From NCBI GenBank assembly GCA_025201805.1, contig MU619373.1, positions 1-64,000 of the forward strand: 64,000 nucleotides of DNA, given 5' to 3'. The stretch comes from Parasitella parasitica NRRL 2501 (lineage: Eukaryota; Fungi; Mucoromycota). The notes beneath the pieces are model-generated. The model was given only the letters and a program-made list of their open reading frames with translations, searched no databases and was not told the DNA's origin. Shown in pieces: positions 1 to 9,222 of this stretch. Each line of letters begins with the position of its first letter. The first letter of the stretch is position 1. Both the position numbers and the translations under genes were made by a program.

Positions 1-580
1 ATCGTTAGATCAACAACGTCAATAAACAACTCAATAATATTCACACTCACGTAAGATTAGAATAGCTACGATAGAATTATCCTATTGACCTGATGAATGA
101 CCATCTCTAATCAACCCAACAAGTAGTATGATAGTTTACTACTAAGCCAGAACGGCTGATTAGAATTCATAACACAACATATAAAGAATAATGGAACGGT
201 TAAGAAATAACGAAACAATTGTCTGCTAGTAAGACGACACTCAAATAATATAAACAGAGATATAAAATAACAGCTTATTGCACATTCAATCTACTTTCAA
301 AATAAAGAAGGATTTTAATCGTATCTTGCTTTTTTACACTTTTTACTGCATTTCGCTGCAGAGAGGTCGCCATGACTCCAAATCAACTCGTATATTCTTT
401 AAATCACCTAAGCTATCACAACCAGTGCTTATATTGCAATCTAGTTACTTTGATAAATTACGTTAAAAACCTTGATCATCTTGCTATGCACATTTGAACA
501 GCTTAATGTGCCCATATTTTTCTATTATGCCCATTTGTGCATATTATTATACCCATGGGAATACTACTTCGGCCGTAGTG
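1..580. mobile_element. Terminus of a CACTA/EnSpm-type DNA transposon (element probably extends left of the window)
   Basis: The minus strand from 580 reads CACTACGGCCGAAGTAG. Three subterminal 12-mer repeats follow (TAATGTGCCCAT 504-515, TATTATGCCCAT 523-534, TATTATACCCAT 545-556). The LINE ORF2 runs into this terminus and stops 10 codons later. Confidence 0.65.
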
Positions 581-1569
581 GAACTATCCAAAGATTGGTA
601 CAAACATTGATTCAAAGAATCGTTGAGTGCATCAATATCTGGACGAGAACCAGGAGGAGCAGACACCAAACCAGAGAGTTCAACAGCCAAAGGAGCAACA
701 GAAGACCTAAAGAGGGCTCGATATACACCCAAAGGCTTTTTCTTACCCAACTTAGATAGCTTCCACTGCCGTCTAGGAGCAACACCAGAATCACCAGAAG
801 CCATAGAATCCCCAGGAGGAGCCACATACTCGAAGGTAAGTACCAACAATCGATGATCAGAGCTAAGGGACAGATCAGATTCGACCACCAACTGAGGGTT
901 TACCATACCAGCCTCACCAATGTTTGTCAAGAAGAAGTCAATGATACTACTACACTCCCGCTGCTGACGGAAGCTAGAGTATGTTGACACACCAAAAGCC
1001 AAAGACGTATTTAAATTCCTGAAGCAATACTCATCCAGCCAAGGCTTTAGAGCAGTACCACGAGGAGTTGCCACAGTATCACCAGTAAAAGAACCCATCC
1101 GAGCATTGAAGTCACCGCAAAGAATAGTATCCCTAGTTAAAGGTAATGAACTGAGAGCCGAGAGCACCCTATCAGTTGATAGGGGTGGAGGAAAGTATAC
1201 ACAGTGTACTGTCAGGGCGCCAACCCTTAAGGACAAAGTATGCGGATTATAAGATGGAAGTTGATAGACTGAAAAAGGACAGGAAGGAGAGACAAAAGCA
1301 GTAATACCACCAGAACCACGGTTGAAAGCACCAGGTACTTTGGAGCCATAGAGATGATATTGAGACCAGTCTGTAGGAAAGGATCCAGAGGTAAGCCAGG
1401 TTTCAGTAACTATTAGAACATGAGTGCTGAGAGTGTGAGACAGAACATCATGAACTACTGATTGGCGAAGACCATTAGCATTCCAGAGAGAGAGAGAGAC
1501 AAATAAGGAGTGGACAGGGTTGTTGTTATTATTATACAGTATCGGTGAATCAGTAATGGAAGAACACAT
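547..1569 (-). pseudogene. LINE ORF2, AP-endonuclease (EEP) domain; truncated before the reverse transcriptase
   Basis: Motifs LWNANGL, IVTETW, GSGGI, ILCGDFNAR, SIIDFFL and LSSDHR are canonical for retrotransposon APE. The last ~10 codons come from the CACTA terminus. Confidence 0.88.
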
Positions 1570-2701
1570 TATTGTTCATCCATATCGGACACACTAGGAT
1601 CCTCACTTGGATCATTGAGCTTACGACGAAACAAGAAGTCGGCCTTCTTGGGTTCCTTCTTGGCAAAACGTTGAAGAGCATCCGCAACAGAAACAGAGAG
1701 ATCCTCTTGACAGATCCAGCCTTGATCAACAAAGTAGCGACCAACACCACTGACATTGAGAGGGCGAAGGAAGGTCAAAGTTTGTTGGCAACGAGCAGCA
1801 GTAAACTCAGAAATGAGAGCAGAACGTTCATCAATAGAGAGATCAGCATACTTGGGATCGGCAATGTTAGCAGGATCCAAAGGGTCAAAGTCCTGGATGA
1901 TTTGAGCATCACACTTGGTAGATAACAGATCAATAAATTCCGCAGCGTATTGAACATGAAGAAGAATACCAATTACTTCAGAAGCAGGAAAGCAGATATC
2001 CAGTACACGACCAAGATCCACACCAACACCTCTAAATGTTGAGCGAATTTCAGAACGTTGAAGCTTTCGAGAGCGCCCAATATAGACATATTGGTAGCCT
2101 TGCGGACCTTTAGCAGCAGCAGTTTTGAATATACGACCAGCAGCTAGACGTTTCTTAACTTGTCTAGTAGGATCGGGAAGGTTGGCAGCAGCAGTAGCAA
2201 TCTGACTAAAGGTAGCAGGAGTGGCAGAAGTAGCACCATTAGTAGCAGCAGTAGTTTTGGTGAGACGTTTTGAAGAACCAACTTCCCCCCTTTCGCTTTG
2301 AGCTCCTTTGATGTCACGTGATCTAAGGCTTGTAATTTCCAGATCCTTCTGTTGTAAAAGGTTTTTCAGTTCAGTATTCTCTTTTTCCAACATATCTAGA
2401 CGCGACAGTATCCCATCATGTTGATTAACTCGTTCAGTAACTGAAGTAAGTTGTTGTTGGAGTTGTTGCAGTAGCAAATGTAGTTGATTCATGTCCATAA
2501 TTTGTAGATTATCAGTCATGGTTGATAAAATATATTTTTTATAAATTTAAAATTTAAAAAAAAATATGAAGCAGTTGTTCGACAAGGCTAAAACTATAAC
2601 ACAAGATACTACTCTAATATAAGGCAAGTATATTGGTATAATTTCGAGTTGATTGCGTTGCTGACTGTCGAGAAAATACGTTTTTTGTTGAAGTGAAAGT
2701 G
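581..2701 (-). mobile_element. Non-LTR (LINE-type) retrotransposon, 5' part, interrupted at 580
   Basis: ORF1 plus an APE-endonuclease ORF2 in tandem. The 5' boundary (~2701) is inferred, not proven. Confidence 0.85.
1569..2519 (-). CDS. LINE ORF1 (coiled-coil plus putative RNA-binding domain)
   Basis: Intronless 316-aa ORF with an N-terminal coiled coil and a YQYVYIG...RVLDICFP...GILLH block. It lies directly upstream of the APE ORF, and its TAA overlaps the ORF2 ATG. Confidence 0.8.
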   Translation of the reverse strand: MTDNLQIMDMNQLHLLLQQLQQQLTSVTERVNQHDGILSRLDMLEKENTELKNLLQQKDLEITSLRSRDIKGAQSERGEVGSSKRLTKTTAATNGATSATPATFSQIATAAANLPDPTRQVKKRLAAGRIFKTAAAKGPQGYQYVYIGRSRKLQRSEIRSTFRGVGVDLGRVLDICFPASEVIGILLHVQYAAEFIDLLSTKCDAQIIQDFDPLDPANIADPKYADLSIDERSALISEFTAARCQQTLTFLRPLNVSGVGRYFVDQGWICQEDLSVSVADALQRFAKKEPKKADFLFRRKLNDPSEDPSVSDMDEQ

Positions 2702-2749
2702 TTTCTACCAGGATAGGGTGGCAAAAAGTGATGGAAAAACGAAAGAGAT

Positions 2750-2822
2750 GCGGGTATAGCTCAGCTGGGAGAGCGTTAGACTGAAGATCTAAAGGCCAAG
2801 CGTTCGATCCGCTTTACCCGCA
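2750..2822 (+). tRNA. tRNA-Phe (GAA), intronless
   Basis: Acceptor stem GCGGGTA/TACCCGC, D-arm GCTC...GAGC, anticodon arm TTAGA-CTGAAGA-TCTAA, T-arm AAGCG-TTCGATC-CGCTT; 73 nt. Confidence 0.97.
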
Positions 2823-2827
2823 ATAGC

Positions 2828-2832
2828 TTTTT
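2828..2832 (+). terminator. RNA polymerase III oligo-T terminator of tRNA-Phe
   Basis: TTTTT 5 nt downstream of the discriminator base. Confidence 0.75.
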
Positions 2833-3169
2833 AACAAGCTTCAAATCAGTGGTGTCTTTAGTGCAGTTGCAATTGTAGTTTGATAAATTTTATATCACGT
2901 ATAGATGCTTTGGTATTGTTGTAATTGATTTCATCTTTTGCTTTAACGTGGCAAATAATAAATAAGTTTTTATAGAAAATTTAGCAACGGCAGATCGATC
3001 TATAATAGTAGTGAGCACCAGCAGTTTTACAGCTGTTATCCAACTTAATTTTTGTTGTGGCAGACAGGTGGTGATTTATCAGAATGAGAAATTATTCAAA
3101 TAAAACGGTTGTGAATTAATCAAGTAAAGATCTCGTTTATTACATGGAAAAAATGATGGTTTATATACT

Positions 3170-3920
3170 AGTGAATCTAAGTGGACTGATGGGAAGATAA
3201 GATACAAGTGTGAGACATGGTGTGATTTAGAGAATGGAACGATAGATCGTATCTATTGTCCATGAACATGTCATGTTGAGTTATAAATAAGGAACATGAT
3301 TCATTGGGATATGTTCCTGAATTGTGTTCAGGATTGAGTTTACTTGAGTTTGACTTCCGGTTGGGAAATTGACACATCAGGTGGTATGAGATTAAGCAAT
3401 TATTAGATGATTGGTAATTCTTTGTATACAATGTACAGTATCACAAATGTAGTTTACTTGGAATGTAATACCAAGTTCAATGTCTGACCATGACGATAAA
3501 AAGCGTTACAATAGATATAATATAATATAGTAGTCAAGCTTCTTCTTGTGAAATTACTAGTAAAAAAATATACAGAAAAAATACTTTCTAAAACTGTTAT
3601 TTATATTTAGATGAAGCTCATCAAAATGTCATTTAAAAACTATCGCTTTATACTAGTTTTCCAAGGGTAAGATTATAAATATGAACTTAAATTATATTGG
3701 ATTATTCATCTTCTAGGACGTCTTGGCAGCAAGGATTGATAAAGAGATAACGAATGGCGGATTTGACGAGTGTTGGAGTTGTTTCTATTTGTTCTTGATA
3801 TTGGATTACGTCTTCTTAAATCCATGCTAGCCTGGTCTTGATGATTGTGATCTTTGTGGAATATGTTCTGCCAGTGTCAAAGGGCGCAGCGTAATGTTTG
3901 CAATCAAATTGGGATCAATT
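3170..3920 (-). pseudogene. Possible decayed third paralog of the Hda2/3-like genes
   Basis: Translated fragments occur in the same order as in the intact paralogs (ITLRPLTL, EDVIQYQEQI, IRYLFINP, LGKL, ELHLNIN, LGITFQV, HLIIA*, VPYL*L), with many stops and frameshifts. Confidence 0.35.
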
Positions 3921-4578
3921 TTATGTGAAAATAAAAAAAGTAAAAAAATAAAGCCAGAGAAATACAATTATAGTATTTCCACCTTTATTTTCGATTGAAA
4001 GAAAACTGAAGAAAAGATACATGCTCTTTAAGAGAGCTTGTATTTATACTACTTGTAAAATTGCCTCACTACAGTGAGAATGCTTATTTTAGAGCTTATT
4101 TGAAGAATAACTTTTGTTGACATTCTCTCACTTGTATTGTAGTTAAGATTTCGATATGTTGGTATTGAAATTGATACTATGGTTTTGGGCAGGATTGTAA
4201 TACTTGAGGATCCTGATTATTTCTAATGCGACTGAGCTTTCCTTATTGTGTAATAAACAAGCCATTTCTGGCATCTAGAATTATTGCAATTGTTATAAAA
4301 CAATTGCATTGTTTATACATGTTTGGAATTTGTTTATTTGTGATTTTATGAGCAGCGTTGTTCAACATTAGCATGTGCCAGGGTTGTAGGAGATTGTACT
4401 TTGATCAGGAGTGCAAGCTTCTACCAACACTTGTTAATGTTTACTTGTGCTTTTCATGTATTTCTTTCTTGGATGGATCAGCCATGTTCCATCTGGATTT
4501 TATTTTAATGTAATTGTGGTGCCATATAATGGGTGCCATTTTATTACAATGCTATGTAAATATGATTTGTATAAAGTA

Positions 4579-4842
4579 ATAAGGCTTTTCTGAATAAAAC
4601 CAGATACAAAACTGAAGAATTTTATTGACATAAGATATAATCTCTAGTTATACTAAAAAAATATATCCCAATCAATGTTTATCCACATAACATCTGATGT
4701 TTGACAAGAAGTGTCAAACCTTATTAAATCACAGCATTTCCAGGACAGACCCATCTTTCTATTTTACATTAAAGAAAAGATTGGGTAGAATGTCTTCCCG
4801 ACATCCCGCGATCTGATCTAGATGTATTCTTTGAATAAGCCA
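4579..4842 (+). repeat. Dispersed repeat module A, copy 1
   Basis: Aligns by eye with the reverse complement of 37618-37886 (shared blocks CTGAATAAAACCAGATACAAAAC, TTTGACAAGAAGTGTCAAA, CCCGACATCCCGCGATCTGAT). Confidence 0.85.
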
Positions 4843-5284
4843 GGAACCTTGCAAGAGGTCCAATTACAACTTGTATAGCTTATTCCTTATTTGTAAAAGA
4901 ATTACCAACAATTAATATCGTGATCCGTGCATTATGACTAGGTTAGATATGATATACTTCTAGCCTTTATATGGATACAACAAAATATTCTGGGGTAATT
5001 TGAAGTTCATATTCATACTATTTACGGAAATTCTTTTTATGTAATGATCAGTTTATACTGATCTATAACAATAAGGCATTCCGTCAGTTTTTTCCCTCGT
5101 CGTATGGCCAAAGAGAAATACCTATAGATAGCTAAAAAAATTCGCATTCAATAAAAATATATTATGCGTTTTTCAGCGAACTTCAAGGGTAATTCTGACG
5201 AAATTGAAATTGAGATTTCACGAAATAAAAATTTAATCGGCGGAATTGTCCTCAAAATACAGTAACAATTATACCAATTCCACA

Positions 5285-5548
5285 GATATCAGTGATGTAT
5301 CAATTCTAAAACCGGATGTCAATATAATATAAACTCGTACTGAAGAGTAAAACATCAGATCATAAAATAATATGACATGACATTTGGGATAGATACAATC
5401 TACCCTATCTCCCGGATCTCATCACTAAAACCTTTATCCTCACATCGCTTCCCTCAGTTCATAAAAAGTATATCAACCCTCTATTTTTGAATGTAATAAA
5501 CGGATATTTACATAATTAACTTCTATTTGAATTTTTCTGATAAATCAA
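5285..5548 (+). repeat. Dispersed repeat module B, copy 1
   Basis: Aligns with the reverse complement of 38355-38581 (shared blocks CTAAAACCGGATGTCAATA, TGGGATAGATACAAT, AACCCTCTATTTT, TTTTCTGATAAATCAA). Confidence 0.8.
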
Positions 5549-7253
5549 TCACCAATTTACATATCAGAATTGCATCTAATCCATCATACGCTTCCATAAA
5601 AAGCAAATAAAACCCTATCTTATGCGCCATAAGTACAGGCATAATCATCGCTATCTGAGCATAACTTGCTTTCCACTGGGCAATGTCTCTATCCAAAGTT
5701 ATCTTCAAAAACACCTTCGCGTTTTTGATTTCGGAGTTTAAAATAAACCACGTGGTTTGCGGAGGTTTAATTTGCTTTTGTCTTCAAATGTAGTAAATAT
5801 TTGCGCTGGGCTGACAATTTTCGAATAAGTAATATTATTTTATACTGAGATCTGATGTTGGAATAAGGGTTTAGCCATCATTGGCGAGCACCATAAATCC
5901 TTAAACAAGATATCAAATCAGTTTAAATTCATCTGAGGAGTAAAATATCTGATCATAAAATATATTTCAGCATGGTAATAAAGATAATGTGTTATGACAG
6001 TAAAAGGTACCATTTCATTGCACTTGCGTACAAAAACATTTTTGATTTTCATAATTTTAAAATCTTACAATTTTTGTCAAAGAAACTTTAGTAACGCGAT
6101 AGAACCAGAAAAACACAGCGACAACTCACAGCGCTATGGAATAAAAGTATTTCTATTCACGAAAATATCATTAGTATCAATAAAGTTACCAACAGAAATG
6201 AGAAATTAATAAAGACGACTATTAATTCACCAGATACAAACTACTAATGTCATTGATTAGTTAATAAAAGGTTATCTTTCCGTTTAGAATAAACTCTTAT
6301 GAATTAATCTATGAATACAATCAGATAATGTTTGGCATTTAACTGTCAAATAAGCTTATGATAACGCAGTATTAGTCAGAGCAAGACTTATATTTAATCA
6401 GCTAAGTAAGACGAATGTGAATCATTTATCGATAAGTTTAGCCTCGTAATTTAGAAAAAGTAGAATCCAAACAGTTGGTTTCTAATACAAGACATTCCAT
6501 GCTTATTTCTATTATCATAAAAGAACCGGTGAGATTTAATCTTAGATCTGATCAGGGACGGTTGCCATGACAGCAGTTTTGTGTCCATAGAATACAGTGG
6601 TAGTCATCTTCAACAATAATAGCGTTATTTTCTGAGCAACTAAACACTTCAAAACGAGATTTTGATGGGTAGTATTTGTATAATATTATTTTACTTACTC
6701 TTAGTTTTCACATAAGAATTGCATATAAGCATCTATGTCTTTTTATGAAGAACAAAGGAAGGCCTGGTTTAGGCTTGTTGATTAATACAGGCACGATTAG
6801 GACATTCTAATGAGTATTTAACTCCTACAGCATATAGCAAAATGTGTATCAAAAGTTAAAGAGGTCTAATACTGTAACTACCAAAATAAATCCATTACAT
6901 CTCTAGTAGTTACTCTTTTTTTCTTTCTGGTTCAAGGTTCCTTTACTTGTACATGACGTTCACTAGGCCATATTTCTCAGCCTCTTCAGACTGAAATGCG
7001 AGCTTGGATATCCACAAAACAATAATGATCGCAGACCTCTCTTCGTTTTAAAAAGAGATACAAGCCTGCTGTAACCAATTGTTTGTCTTTGTCTTTGTCT
7101 ATGTAATATTTATCGAAAAGACGAGACTCTATAAATTCACGTACCAGATAATATAACCCAATCAGGTCATACTCTTCCAGGCTCGGTCACAGATTGATAA
7201 TTTATCATGTTTTCATTTCTCGGTTCCCTTTTTTGCTTTATCCTGCAAGCACA

Positions 7254-8321
7254 ATGAAAGGCCTTCATTTTCTTGACTCGAGCACAGTGCCAACAAATTG
7301 TATTCCTATCTGCCCATCCTTTCAGCAGGTGCTCAGTATTGAAGAAACACTACATAGTATCCAGAAAAGAGGCGGTATACTGAATAATGTCAACTCTGAA
7401 ACGTTAGTTTCTGGATTAGATAAAATTGCATCTGGTGTCTTGAAGTTTTCCAGTTTTGACATGAGCCCTGAAATGGAATGCTTGAGTGGTAAGATGTATT
7501 TTGTTGTTGAGTTTTTAAGACAGCTCGAGTATCGTAAACTGGTAAGTTATACACATGAAACATAAAAAAAATAACATTAGTAGATTATTACACAATAAGA
7601 ATTTGATCAAGAATTTTTGCTGTAGTTGTCGATATGTACTGATATTATTTTGATTTAGGGCTACTGTATTGTTAGCATTATTACTAATCGTTCAGATGTT
7701 GAAGAAGCTCTGGTAAAAGTATTAACTTACTACATATCTTCTCAAATTGTTCGTATTGAAAATTTATCGGTGGAAGGATATGCTGACGGTATATTCGTCG
7801 GCGGTGTCACTGTTCATATTAAAGTAAGATATTGTCCGTGTGTAATCTGATCTAATCATGAACAGTTGATTTTCTTATAGTCAGATTCAGATCAGCAAAT
7901 CAACCAAACTGCACAAACTGACCTTCTTTTATTATACGATGCGGATTTGATGGGTGCCAATATGACTCGAATCTTTAAGAGAGTAGCTTTCGACTGCAAC
8001 CCTGCGATACTATATCTGTCAACATTTAGCTCACCAGAATCTCGCTGCCGTGATTTTTACAATGTATTTACAAAAAAAAACTATATCGATCCTCACACTC
8101 TCGACTTCGATGATTTCTTAAGTGAAAATGCGACGGATATGTTTCACGTACTTATGCATGAGAATGATATATTCACTGATCAAGAGTTCATGCTTTGGAA
8201 TGATAGTATTGCTCAACAAGTCCTCAATTGGTTTATTTCTGGTCATGATATTGATTATAAATTCGACGGTCTACTGTTTCCATGCGATGTTCCCTCAAAA
8301 TTCTTCCACCCACCTCAATAG
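7254..8321 (+). CDS. Hda2/Hda3-like (SF2 helicase C-lobe-like) domain protein, paralog A, ~297 aa
   Basis: Exons 7254-7541, 7659-7823 and 7881-8321 join in frame through phase-0 GT-AG introns. Motifs: SGKMYFVVEFL, DLLLLYDAD, NPAILYLSTFSSPESRC, FMLWNDSIAQQVLNW. The gene model is solid; the family call is an inference. Confidence 0.65.
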
Positions 8322-8535
8322 ATCAAAAAACATATACCAGTTGTAGCATAGATGTATATTATATTTCGTAGATATGTAAATAAATCACCAGAACCGGTTG
8401 TTTCTGCTTAAAACTTTCCATGCTTCATCTGCATAAACTTGAACAGTGTATATATCATTTTTATTTGGTTATAAATAAGGCCATGGCAAATGCTTGCGCT
8501 TCTTCCATTTTCCTTTCCGTTTCTGAACCAACAAA

Positions 8536-8955
8536 ATGTGCTATACCTACCAAAATTCCTGTCAACCTACCATGAGAGGCCCTTTGCAGACTAATTACTG
8601 GCGTCTCAAAACAGACGTAGAAGGCTATTCAAAAGAGGTAATGATTGCTTATAACCCTGAGATCGAAACTATGGATTTTGTCGATTATGTCCAATCAAAA
8701 ATTGAACCACTGGGCCTCTTTATTGACTCTATCGTTATCCCTTCCACTCGTATGGGTTCTTGCTTCAACTATAAAATCAAAAATCAAAACCAATATAAAG
8801 CCGCCACAGGAATGACTTCTATTCAAAGTGATCTCTGGAATTCTAGCCGTGGAGCCTCAGGCACCATCATTCTCGATGAAAAACGTATGGAAAACGAAAA
8901 GCGAGCCTCTGACAGTGGCTACTCCTCAAATGATAGCGATTCCAAGTCCAACTAA
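8536..8955 (+). CDS. Small orphan protein (139 aa), possible PB1/ubiquitin-like fold, C-terminal DSGYSS motif
   Basis: Intronless ORF with CAAAATG start context and TATAAA ~65 nt upstream. Confidence 0.6.
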   Translation: MCYTYQNSCQPTMRGPLQTNYWRLKTDVEGYSKEVMIAYNPEIETMDFVDYVQSKIEPLGLFIDSIVIPSTRMGSCFNYKIKNQNQYKAATGMTSIQSDLWNSSRGASGTIILDEKRMENEKRASDSGYSSNDSDSKSN

Positions 8956-9222
8956 TCATTTTTCCAAAAAGTCTGGTATATCTGCATAAATATTTACAAA
9001 AAATAATACGATGATAAATATTTCAAACAATCTGACAAATCTCAAAAATACAATAAAATCTTTTGCAAATTTAACTAGTAAATGATGAATTGGTATGCTC
9101 GAACTGCATTATGCGCAAAACAAAATGCAAAACATGTTTCCATGGTTACAATAATGAACAAAGAATTTAATTTTACAATATATGAGCAAACGATGATTTA
9201 CATGGGAGAAATGAATACTTTC

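Noticed and set aside
1-7000. Pericentromeric region with Grem-LINE1-type elements
   Set aside because: A LINE plus gene-poor DNA is compatible with this, but no centromere motif or element identity can be shown from this window.
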